From NCBI GenBank assembly GCA_038131935.1, contig JAYPQH010000037.1:32001-96000 (forward strand): 64,000 nucleotides of DNA, written 5' to 3'. The notes under the pieces are model-generated. The model had not been told where the DNA came from. It was given only the letters and a program-made list of their open reading frames with translations, and ran no database searches. Of the stretch, positions 10,591 to 19,896 are shown one piece after another (positions within the stretch are counted from its first letter, which is position 1; each line of letters starts with the position of its first letter). This DNA comes from Alphaproteobacteria bacterium (GTDB lineage: Bacteria > Pseudomonadota > Alphaproteobacteria > UBA8317). A program made the translations under genes and the position numbers.

Positions 10591-12528
10591 ATGAGTGACC
10601 TTTATGAAGTGCAACCTTCTTGGCGTGAAAAAGCTTTGCTGAATAATGAAGACTATCTCCAGATGTATCAACAATCCATTGATGATCCAGACGCATTCTG
10701 GGGAGAACAAGGTAAGCGCATTGATTGGATAACGCCCTACACAAAAGTGAAAAACACAAACTTTAACGGTCAAAACGTCTCAATCAAATGGTTTGAGGAT
10801 GGTGTTCTGAATGTTTGTGCCAATTGTGTTGATAGACATTTGCCAGAAAAAGCAAATCAAACAGCCCTTATCTTTGAAGGTGATGATCCTGAGGTGCATG
10901 AACATATCACCTATGCGCAGCTTCATAAACATGTGTGCCAGTTGGCTAATGCCTATAAACAGCTAGGTGTACAAAAGGGTGATAGGGTTACCATTTACAT
11001 GCCGATGATACCCCAGGCCGTTTACGCTATGTTGGCTTGTGCCCGTATTGGTGCGGTGCATTCGGTTGTTTTTGGCGGCTTTTCACCAGAAGCCCTGGCG
11101 GATAGGGTAAGAGATTGTGGTTCGAAGCTTGTTGTTACCGCAGACGAAGGATTGCGGGGCGGACGTAAAATACCACTTAAAGCCAACACTGATGAAGCAT
11201 TAAAAAAATGTGATCAAACCGTTAAAACTATTGTGGTACAGCGCACAGGTAATGATGTAGGTATGCAGGAGGCTAGGGACCATTGGTATCATGATATTAC
11301 CTCATCTCAGCCGGAGACATGCCCAGCAGAGCCAATGAATGCGGAAGATCCGCTTTTTATTCTCTATACTTCTGGGTCTACAGGAAAACCGAAGGGTGTC
11401 TTGCATACTTCTGGTGGGTATCTTGTGTACGCGTCCATGACGCACAAATATGTCTTTGATTATCAAGATGGAGATATTTACTGGTGTACTGCTGACGTCG
11501 GTTGGGTGACAGGCCATTCCTATATTGTGTATGGTCCACTTGCAAATGGCGCCACAAGTTTGGTTTTTGAAGGCGTGCCAAACTATCCCACAGCGTCACG
11601 TTTCTGGGATGTATGGGAAAAAGCATAAGGTTACAATATTTTACATGGCGCCAACGGCTATTCGCGCGTTGATGGGCAGTGCAGAGATGACTATGTAAAA
11701 CAAGCTGATCTCTCAAGCCTACGGGTTTTGGGCTCCGTGGGCGAACCGATCAATCCCGAAGCATGGCTTTGGTACTACAACCAAATTGGTAAGCAGAGCT
11801 GCCCAATTGTCGATACATGGTGGCAAACTGAGACAGGAGGGATTTTAATCACACCTCTTCCCGGCGCCACGGATTTAAAGCCAGGTTCAGCCACACGGCC
11901 GTTTTTTGGTGTGTTGCCGCAAATCGTTGATGCAGATGGTCAAGTATTGGAAGGCGCAGCGGAAGGAAATTTATGTATTGCAGACTCATGGCCTGGCCAG
12001 ATGCGAACAGTTTTTGGAGATCATGAGCGTTTTGTGCAAACCTATTTTAGCACCTATCAGGGCAAATATTTTACAGGTGATGGCTGTCGGCGAGATGAAG
12101 ATGGGTATTACTGGATTACAGGTAGGGTTGATGATGTGATCAATGTGTCAGGTCATCGAATGGGTACCGCGGAAGTGGAGTCTGCGCTGGTTGCTCATGA
12201 AAAAGTTTCCGAGGCTGCCGTGGTTGGTTACCCCCATGATATCAAAGGTCAAGGCATCTATGCCTACGTGACATTGATGGTGGGTGAGGAACCTTCGGAA
12301 GAGCTGCGCAAAGAGTTGGTCAAATGGGTTCGTCAGGAAATTGGTCCTATTGCATCACCAGATTTGATACAGTTTGCACCTGGGCTTCCAAAAACGAGAT
12401 CAGGAAAAATTATGCGTCGCATTTTGCGCAAGATCGCTGAGAATAGTTATGATAGTCTCGGAGATACATCTACCCTAGCAGAGCCTGCTGTGGTGGATGA
12501 TTTGATTGAAGGACGCATGAATAAGTAA
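10591..12528 (+). CDS. acs: Acetyl-CoA synthetase (frameshifts at ~11620-11700)
   Basis: [60 protein letters not shown]. Two ORFs join. Confidence 0.96.
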
Positions 12529-12625
12529 CATTGTTCCGCCTTTATCCTATCTCAAGCGCTCTGATCTACTGGTATTCAGGAGAGGCCGCTAAATATTCTC
12601 TCATCTATTACCATGAGGGAAGACG

Positions 12626-12986
12626 ATGCGTAGGTATTTTTTCTTAGGTACCATTATGGTGCCTGGTTATGTTTGGGCGGCCGGGATCGGTGCGGTTGCA
12701 CAACGGATAAGGGATGAGTTGACCGGGCATTGCCATGCTGCTTGAGGGTTATCGTTTCTTTCTAGGCCTGATCATGGCAATGATTGCAATCGGACGGCTT
12801 TTGGCGCATGGCCGTGATCCTATTCGTTTTTCTATGGGTGATGTTATTTGGCGTGCTGTGGCTGCGGCCATGTTCATTGCGCTACCTGAAGTTTTAGGGG
12901 TTGGGGTCAGCACACTTTTTGGTGAGAACGCGACCATTCTAGATAGCACAGGCGATGGTCTGGTGGGAGCATTAAGACTTGGTTGA
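12626..12986 (+). CDS. Pilin-like small membrane protein resembling Dot/Icm IcmD (DotP)/TraQ-TraR and VirB2 types; one frameshift at ~12725
   Basis: GAGGGA SD at 12615 and ATG at 12626 give MRRYFFLGTIMVPGYVWA/AGIGAVAQRIRDELTG. Removing one G at 12725-12727 joins it to ORF 12735-12986: two hydrophobic helices separated by AHGRDP, ending IALPEVLGVGVSTLFG. Confidence 0.6.
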
Positions 12987-14427
12987 TGCTCAGGAATGTT
13001 TTCTCATTCGTCGTGCTCATCCAGTTTACAATATGTTGGCAGATTATATGATCATCACGCCGGATAAGGCAAAAACCCAACAAAATATTTACTTCGAGAG
13101 TTTTCGAAGTTCATGTCAACATAGGCATCCTGTTTGGCCTAAGCTGCAAAATTGTTGGGATTTATTGGCAGTAGAAAATCCCTCTTTGGATGTGGATGAC
13201 ATCTTGGCGCAACTTATTCCCCAGAGGGATGTTGTTTGGGTAATCTGGTTTCAATCAATGCTTTTTGAGGAACCTTTATGGCGTTCAGCACTTGAACGTG
13301 GGTTGGCAACGCTCGATAGGAATATAGCTGTACGAAGGAAGTGGATTGCTAAGCATAGCGATGAAAACCTGTCCGTTTTAAGTTTAAGACTTGTGGTTTT
13401 CGCCCAAGATCCTGTCCCTGATTTGTCTCTTTCTGGTTGTGTCATGAGATCTACCTCATTCCAGCAAGAAACAACCTATCTCCTCACCTATTCGCGGATC
13501 GCAAACCAACTAAAACCTAGAGAAACGCCTAGACCGCACGATAAGACGCAACCCATTTTGGCTGATCGCGCGCACCGGGCCTATTTGGCACCAAATTGGG
13601 GTCAAACAAACAAATGGGGCCTTTTGTTATCTGGTGGCCCCGCTAGTGGAAAAACCTCTTTGGCAAAAACATTTTTGCGACATGCTGCACGTCAAAATTA
13701 TCCTATACTTCATGTAGCATTGGAGGATGAATGGGGCGAGCATCTAACATGGGTAGATGATAAGCCATTCAAAAAAAGTTGGGCGCCTCAACCACCAGAC
13801 CCCATTTGCATCACCGCTGGTCCCCTCATGCAAACTGTCTTTGGCCAGTTTTTGGCACATTTGGATGGTCAAGATCATCATCGTGAAGACCGAGAGGATA
13901 TGTGGAAAGATTTTCAAGAGCGTATTCACCAACCTAAAATAAAAGATTTTGTGCAATCTCTTCTGGTAAGCCAGATAAAAACCAACAGCCCTGATCCCTC
14001 TGGCTATCAATTGATGATGTTTGCCGATCAATTTACCGATCAAGAGCCAAGTAAGTTTGTGAGGGGGCAACATATCATGGTGGGCAAATATCTTCGTCTT
14101 CATGCTAAGGATCCCTGGTTGGCAGATATCATGATTAGTTTGGAGGTTGCATCATTTATTGACGCGTGCATGGATGGTATTGCTGTTGTATGTCTGGACG
14201 ATGCGCATGTATATTCCGATGCGCCAATGATGAATTTTCTGATGGAATCTCTGCTGCGCAAAAGAGGAAGAGGAAAAGTCCACCTCATCGCTTCTTATCA
14301 GGATCAGAGCGATATCCCAAGTTACTGGCTCCAGCTGGCTACCCATCATTACAAAGCTGAGCTCGATCATTATAGCTTTGTGAACACAAAAGAAGACAAA
14401 TCTGTTGCGGTTCACATTCTCTCATGA
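12979..14427 (+). CDS. Divergent P-loop ATPase, IcmB/TraU (VirB4-like) type, about half the usual length
   Basis: Walker A GGPASGKT (13633-13656), Walker B VVCLDDAH (14185-14208), then R..RGKVHLIASYQDQSDI (HerA/VirB4-type RK..hhhxxQ region). Overlaps the pilin-like gene by 8 nt. Confidence 0.6.
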   Translation: MVDAQECFLIRRAHPVYNMLADYMIITPDKAKTQQNIYFESFRSSCQHRHPVWPKLQNCWDLLAVENPSLDVDDILAQLIPQRDVVWVIWFQSMLFEEPLWRSALERGLATLDRNIAVRRKWIAKHSDENLSVLSLRLVVFAQDPVPDLSLSGCVMRSTSFQQETTYLLTYSRIANQLKPRETPRPHDKTQPILADRAHRAYLAPNWGQTNKWGLLLSGGPASGKTSLAKTFLRHAARQNYPILHVALEDEWGEHLTWVDDKPFKKSWAPQPPDPICITAGPLMQTVFGQFLAHLDGQDHHREDREDMWKDFQERIHQPKIKDFVQSLLVSQIKTNSPDPSGYQLMMFADQFTDQEPSKFVRGQHIMVGKYLRLHAKDPWLADIMISLEVASFIDACMDGIAVVCLDDAHVYSDAPMMNFLMESLLRKRGRGKVHLIASYQDQSDIPSYWLQLATHHYKAELDHYSFVNTKEDKSVAVHILS

Positions 14428-14467
14428 CCAAAGATATCATATTTTGCTGCTTAAAACAGTTATGAGG

Positions 14468-14500
14468 CTTGAACTTTTTCTGTAAAGTGGCATTTATATA
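14468..14500 (+). promoter_or_regulatory. Candidate promoter of the RND operon (CTTGAA-N17-CATTTATAT, sigma32/sigma70-like)
   Basis: CTTGAA at 14468-14473 and CATTTATATA at 14491-14500 in an AT-rich intergenic region. Motif match only. Confidence 0.3.
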
Positions 14501-14576
14501 AGAATGAGAAGGGTCATCCTGACGCAGGGTGAATGCTCTGATGACCTGCCTCCCTCTTTAGTAATGGGTCATCACC

Positions 14577-15668
14577 ATGTTTTCCGCAAGAATTGTTGTT
14601 TTGTGTTTGTTGTTCGTGCAAGCAGCTTGGGCGCAAGAGAGACCATCTATGGTTGGTGTAGATGACGTTCGCCTGAGCCCTATCACACGGGATGTAAGCT
14701 TAATTGGTAAGGTTGTTGCCAACCAATCTGGACCGATTTCCAGTAACATTTCTGGGCGTGTTCAAACAGTTCTGGTCCGCGCAGGTGATGTTGTTAAAAT
14801 TGATGACCCAATGGTGATCATTGACCCAGAAGGTTTACAATTGAATGTGGAGCTTGCCCAAGGGCGTTTGCGCGAAGCCGTAGCGTCACTTCAGGTTGCT
14901 GAAGCTGAGCTACGTCAAGCAGAACGAGGTCTATCTCGTGCCAAGCAGCTACGCAATTCGGCAAGCTTTTCATCTGCAAGGCTCGAGGATGCGGAAGATG
15001 CTATCGTACGGGCACGGGCTTTGCAAACGCGTGCAGCTGCAGCAAAAAACCAGGCAGAGACGCAGCTATCACTTGCAGAAAAAGCCTTGCGTGAAGGGGT
15101 AATACGGGCCCCATTCAACGGGGTGGTCTTTGGCGTCATGGCCATACCGGGGGCCTATGTCACAACAGGTAGTCCTGTGGTGTCTATGGTAAATGTGGGA
15201 TCACTTGAGTTGGAAATTCCTCTACCCTCTCAATATCTGAGCCAAGTTACGATTGGATCTCAAGTTGTGCTTGGGGCAATGGGGGAAACACGTGTTTTGT
15301 CTGTCTCACGGATCATACCACGAGAAGACCCCCGAACACGGGCCCGACCTATTCGAATTGAATTGCCATTATCTGACGATTTTGTTGAAGGAAAATCTTT
15401 AGAGGTCTCCGTACGCTTGCGTGGGAAAGAGCGCCAATTAACAATGTCAAAAGACGCTCTGATTGATGGCCCTCGAGGGAAAATGGTATTCAAGATGGTC
15501 GATGGCGCAGCCATTGCGCAACCCGTTGTATTGGGAGAAAGCGTGGGGAACCGCTTCATTGTGAAGTCGGGTTTGCAAGATGGTGACAAGGTTGTGATCC
15601 GCGGGAATGAGCGCCTCCGACCAGGTCAAGCCATTAAAGCAATGCCAAAAGGGAGATCTCAGTCGTGA
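14577..15668 (+). CDS. RND efflux periplasmic adaptor (membrane fusion protein)
   Basis: Signal peptide, ISGRVQTVLVRAGDVV lipoyl-like motif, coiled-coil hairpin, IRAPFNGVV, SGLQDGDKVVIRG. Confidence 0.93.
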   Translation: MFSARIVVLCLLFVQAAWAQERPSMVGVDDVRLSPITRDVSLIGKVVANQSGPISSNISGRVQTVLVRAGDVVKIDDPMVIIDPEGLQLNVELAQGRLREAVASLQVAEAELRQAERGLSRAKQLRNSASFSSARLEDAEDAIVRARALQTRAAAAKNQAETQLSLAEKALREGVIRAPFNGVVFGVMAIPGAYVTTGSPVVSMVNVGSLELEIPLPSQYLSQVTIGSQVVLGAMGETRVLSVSRIIPREDPRTRARPIRIELPLSDDFVEGKSLEVSVRLRGKERQLTMSKDALIDGPRGKMVFKMVDGAAIAQPVVLGESVGNRFIVKSGLQDGDKVVIRGNERLRPGQAIKAMPKGRSQS

Positions 15669-18600
15669 TCTTAATTCGTCAGGCTATTGCGCGTCCAGCC
15701 GCCGTTTGTGCAGGCGTCTTTTTGATTGTTTTGTTTGGTTATGTGGGTTTGCAAAAAATCCCCATTCAATTGGTTCCAGATGTCGATCGTCCTGTTATTG
15801 TTGTAGAAACACAATGGCCTGGTGCGGCCCCTGCTGAAGTTGAAAGAGAGATTATCAACAAACAAGAAGAGCAACTCAAAGGTGTTAAAGGTGTCGAAAG
15901 TATGGAGGCCAGGGCACGCACTGGCCGCGCACAAATCACCTTGGAGTTTGGGGTTGGTCAAGATATTGATCAGGCGCTTATTCAGGTCGCCAACAGACTT
16001 GATAGGGTAAGTGGCTATCCTGATGAAGCTGATGAGCCAACATTAGAAACCTCCGGTTCTGAAGATAACCCCATAGCCTGGTTTGTGTTGAAGCGAAAAC
16101 CAGGAAATACCCAGCCCATGGTCACGTTTTCAGCATTGGTTGATGACGTGATTACAGAGGCCATAGAACGGGTTCCCGGTGTGAGCCGGACCAATGTATA
16201 TGGCAGTTCCGAAATCCAAATGCAGGTTCGCATTCGCCCAGAAAATTTGGCAATGTATCGACTAACCATAGATGATGTTGTTCGGTCGTTACGACAATCT
16301 AATGCATCCATTTCTGCTGGTGATCTTGACGAAGGTAAACGCCGCTATGTGATACGTGTGGAGTCAGACCTTGCAACTCCAGAGCTTGTTGGCGCTGTTG
16401 TGGTTCGGACGGATCCTGCCATTGGGAGGGTTTATGTCCGCGATATTGCTGAGATTGCAATGGCGTATCCAGACCCTGACTCCATTCGTCGTCATTTGGG
16501 AGAGGATGCAATTCCTTTCAACGCTGTTCGGGAAACAGGTGCAAATGTAATCTCGACAATGGCCAGAATTCGAGAAGTGGTTGATGATCTCAACAACGGT
16601 ATTTTAAAAGATAACGATCTTCATGTGCGAATGGTCTATGATGAAACCATCTATATTGAAGACGCCATAGATCTTGTTCAGGGAAATATTCTATTAGGTG
16701 CTGCATTTGCAGCCCTGATATTAATGCTGTTTTTAAGGTCCTGGCGCGCAACAACGGTGATATCCATCGCTATACCTGTATCTGTGATAGGAACATTTGT
16801 TGCGATGTCTCTTACGGGCAGAACCGTTAATGTCATATCCTTGGCGGGTATTGCCTTCGCGGTTGGCATGGTCGTTGATGCGGCGATTGTTGTGTTGGAA
16901 AATATTTATAGATTAAGGGAACGTGGGATGCCTTTGCACCAGGCGGCGTTTCATGGAGCCAATCAAGTATGGGGCGCAGTGCTGGTGTCAGCATTAACCA
17001 CGGTAATGGTCTTTATTCCTATCATGACAACAGACCTTGAGGTGGGGCAACTTTTTCGCGATATCGCCGTGGCCATATCGGTTTCTGTTCTTTTGTCTTT
17101 GTTGATTTCTATAACATTGATTCCTGCTTTATTTAGTTGGCTTTTTGCGGGTGGAACGGGCATCTCCACCAGAAGGCTGCCATTTATAGATGATATTGCT
17201 TCACTGTTCAGTAGAACCGTTTTGGGATTAGCGAGGCGCACAACTGGCTCTATGGTCCTAGGCCTAACTTTGGTTGCGGTCATGACGATGGGTGCTGTTT
17301 TTGTTTCATGGAAATTTCTCCCCAAGTTGGAATATCTACCAGAGGGAAATAACAATTTTGTTTTTGGGGTTATTTTGCCCCCACCAGGTTACAATTTGAA
17401 TACCTCTCAATCCATTGCTTCACGTGTTGAATCCCAGGTCGAAGATTTATGGGCAAGCAAAACCGGCCCAGAAGATAGCCCTGAAGGTCTACCAAAGTTT
17501 GACAACTTCTTTTTCGTCGCGAGGCAAGAGTTGAGCTTTATTGGTGGATCGTCCCTCAAACCAGAGCGGGCAGAAGAACTTATTCCCATTATGCGGAAAC
17601 CTATATTTTCTGAACCAGGAACTTTTGGTTTCATAAACCAACGGTCGATTTTTGGTCGTGGTATAGGTGGTGGTCGATCGATAGATGTTGATGTCATGGG
17701 TGATGACCTCAATGTTATTCTTCCAGTGGCGCAACAGGCTGCAGGCTTGATCTCACAGATATTACCCAGGGAAAAAGGCCATCAATTTCGGCCTCGACCA
17801 GGTTTAGAGCTGGGAGCACCAGAGGTTCGTGTAACACCCGATTATGTTCGATTAGGTGACAATGGCTTGACTGCTTCAGGTTTAGGTTTGGCCATAGATG
17901 CTGCGAACGATGGTGTCCGTGTTGCAGAAATCAATGTGGCAGGAAAACAAACAGATTTGGTTGTAAAAGGTTTTTCGGAGAGTTTTACGGCGACGCAACA
18001 GGTGGCAGAGATTCCCGTGGTGACGGGAAATGGTGAAATTGTGACGGCGGGAAGTTTAGCCGATGTTGAGGTTACAGCCGGACCAGTTGAAATTCGTCAT
18101 AGAGAGAGGTTCCGTACGATTACCCTGCAAGTACGGCCCTCAAAGTCCATGCCTCTAGAACAAGCCATGGATTTGTTGGAAACGGAAGTGCTGGCAAAAT
18201 TAAACGAACAAGGATTGCCAGAGGGGGTGCGTGTTGAACTCTCCGGAACAGCCGACAAGCTCACGGAGGCATCCCAAGCCCTTACGGGAGATTTGATCTT
18301 GGCTATTGTGATCGTCTATTTGGTCATGGTTGTCCTGTTTGAAAGCTTCATGTTCCCCTTAATCATTTTATTCACAGTCCCTATCGCGATGGCTGGTGGC
18401 GTGGGCGCTTTGGGTATTTTGAATATGTTCACGCTACAATCCTTAGATATGCTTACGCTTCTTGGGTTTATTATTTTGACAGGTATTGTGGTGAACAATG
18501 CCATCCTATTGGTGGATCAATCACTCATTGGGATCAGGGAAGAGGGACTGTCTATTGTTGAAGCTATTTTGGAGGCAGTACGTAACCGAATGCGGCCTAT

Positions 18601-18817
18601 TTTTATGTCGACCATTACCTCTTTGGTTGGGATGTTGCCACTGGTTTTGTTTCCAGGTGCTGGGTCAGAGCTATATCGCGGCTTGGGGACCGTTGTTGTT
18701 GGTGGTTTGGCTTTATCATCGCTTATTACCCTTCTCGTTATGCCGCCTCTGATTGCATTGATCGCAAAGCTGCGTGCTGAACAAACCAGGCAAGATCTTG
18801 TATCAAGCGAAGCTTAA
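15665..18817 (+). CDS. RND efflux transporter permease (AcrB/AcrD/AcrF family)
   Basis: 1050 aa; PGAAPAEVEREI, GMVVDAAIVVLENI, GIVVNNAILLVD, RMRPIFMST. GTGA overlap with the adaptor gene. Confidence 0.96.
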   Translation: MILIRQAIARPAAVCAGVFLIVLFGYVGLQKIPIQLVPDVDRPVIVVETQWPGAAPAEVEREIINKQEEQLKGVKGVESMEARARTGRAQITLEFGVGQDIDQALIQVANRLDRVSGYPDEADEPTLETSGSEDNPIAWFVLKRKPGNTQPMVTFSALVDDVITEAIERVPGVSRTNVYGSSEIQMQVRIRPENLAMYRLTIDDVVRSLRQSNASISAGDLDEGKRRYVIRVESDLATPELVGAVVVRTDPAIGRVYVRDIAEIAMAYPDPDSIRRHLGEDAIPFNAVRETGANVISTMARIREVVDDLNNGILKDNDLHVRMVYDETIYIEDAIDLVQGNILLGAAFAALILMLFLRSWRATTVISIAIPVSVIGTFVAMSLTGRTVNVISLAGIAFAVGMVVDAAIVVLENIYRLRERGMPLHQAAFHGANQVWGAVLVSALTTVMVFIPIMTTDLEVGQLFRDIAVAISVSVLLSLLISITLIPALFSWLFAGGTGISTRRLPFIDDIASLFSRTVLGLARRTTGSMVLGLTLVAVMTMGAVFVSWKFLPKLEYLPEGNNNFVFGVILPPPGYNLNTSQSIASRVESQVEDLWASKTGPEDSPEGLPKFDNFFFVARQELSFIGGSSLKPERAEELIPIMRKPIFSEPGTFGFINQRSIFGRGIGGGRSIDVDVMGDDLNVILPVAQQAAGLISQILPREKGHQFRPRPGLELGAPEVRVTPDYVRLGDNGLTASGLGLAIDAANDGVRVAEINVAGKQTDLVVKGFSESFTATQQVAEIPVVTGNGEIVTAGSLADVEVTAGPVEIRHRERFRTITLQVRPSKSMPLEQAMDLLETEVLAKLNEQGLPEGVRVELSGTADKLTEASQALTGDLILAIVIVYLVMVVLFESFMFPLIILFTVPIAMAGGVGALGILNMFTLQSLDMLTLLGFIILTGIVVNNAILLVDQSLIGIREEGLSIVEAILEAVRNRMRPIFMSTITSLVGMLPLVLFPGAGSELYRGLGTVVVGGLALSSLITLLVMPPLIALIAKLRAEQTRQDLVSSEA

Positions 18818-19338
18818 TTTTGTCTCCGAAAGGTCCAAGGAGGGGTAAAGCTTCCTTGGAATAAACCAAGTTTTTTTTGTTTCGCTTCATTCTCTTCCTG
18901 CACATATTTGTTGCTGTAGCGCCTATATGCCAAGGCCCAACCTTGTTCTACCATATGTTTTGCCAGATCTTTGTCGCCAGCATAACATTCAGCAATAATG
19001 CGCTTATAACGATCTCTTCCAATAATCTTACATGTAACCTTGGTATTTTGGGTCATGGAGATCATTACATTTTTGGCGATGAGGCCGCAGGGATAGGGTT
19101 GTTGGCTTAGGTTAAGGCAGGTTTGCTTCAATTCAGGTGCATCAATGCCGAAAAGACGAATACGCTGTCCATCAATGCGAAGGCTATCCCCATCAGAAAT
19201 GTATGCAGGACCAGATATCATGCTTAGAGCAGGACTTGCATTTAGCAGAATGCATAACCAAATAAACAGTGTTGCTCCATAGTGGAGAACCATTCCAGGG
19301 ATACGCTGAATGCTGTTCATCAGGTTTAGCTGGATCAT
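18814..19338 (-). CDS. Thermonuclease (SNase-like) family secreted protein; true start may be ~19293
   Basis: ISDGDSL, IRLFGIDAPELKQ, DRYKRIIAEC, MVEQGWALAYRRYS motifs; signal-like N-terminus. Confidence 0.92.
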   Translation of the reverse strand: MIQLNLMNSIQRIPGMVLHYGATLFIWLCILLNASPALSMISGPAYISDGDSLRIDGQRIRLFGIDAPELKQTCLNLSQQPYPCGLIAKNVMISMTQNTKVTCKIIGRDRYKRIIAECYAGDKDLAKHMVEQGWALAYRRYSNKYVQEENEAKQKKLGLFQGSFTPPWTFRRQN

Positions 19339-19379
19339 GGATGTTTAGCTTTGTTGCTCATGAGAGAATGAAGGAGTAC

Positions 19380-19810
19380 ATGATGAATAATTTGCAATCT
19401 TTTGACCTTTCCCCTTTGCCCGTTCAGTTATAGGCCTCGACAAAATTGAGCGCCTATTTACCTCTGCCATGGAAGGCGTAGGAAATGATGGATACCCCCC
19501 TTTCAATATAACGCGTGAAGGCGATATGGTCTATCGGATTGAGCTGGCAGTGGCTGGCTTTACCGACCAAGATCTTTCCGTAACAGTTAAGGAGAACACG
19601 CTCACGGTCAAAGGTGCCAAGCGTGATCCACAAGATGAGCGTGTTTATTTGCATCGTGGCATCGCAAACCGATCGTTTGAACGGTCCTTTACACTTGCAG
19701 ATCATGTGGTTGTTGAAGATGCTGCACTAAAGAATGGCATGTTGGAAATCCATCTCCGACGTGAGGTGCCCGAAGAGAAAAAAGCACGTGAGATTGCTAT
19801 CAACGTGTGA
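19380..19810 (+). CDS. ibpA: Small heat-shock protein IbpA/Hsp20 (frameshift at ~19410)
   Basis: AAGGAG SD, MMNNLQSFDLSP../..GYPPFNI..YRIELAVAGF..YLHRGIANRSFERSF.LADHV.V..A.LKNGML.I.L.REVPEEKK. Confidence 0.92.
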
Positions 19811-19843
19811 TACGTCAATTTGAAAAGATCCAATAATGATGTG

Positions 19844-19884
19844 AAAGAGGATGCTGCATATGTTGTGCAGCATCTTTTGTTTTT
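19844..19884 (+). terminator. Intrinsic terminator after ibpA
   Basis: Stem AGGATGCTGCA / TGCAGCATCTT followed by TTGTTTTT. Confidence 0.75.
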
Positions 19885-19896
19885 AGGAATGTAGAA

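Noticed and set aside
9633-19338. EVE protein, ATPase and thermonuclease as an anti-phage defence system
   Set aside because: The genes are not adjacent. EVE is in its usual housekeeping context, and the nuclease is an ordinary exported SNase-family protein.
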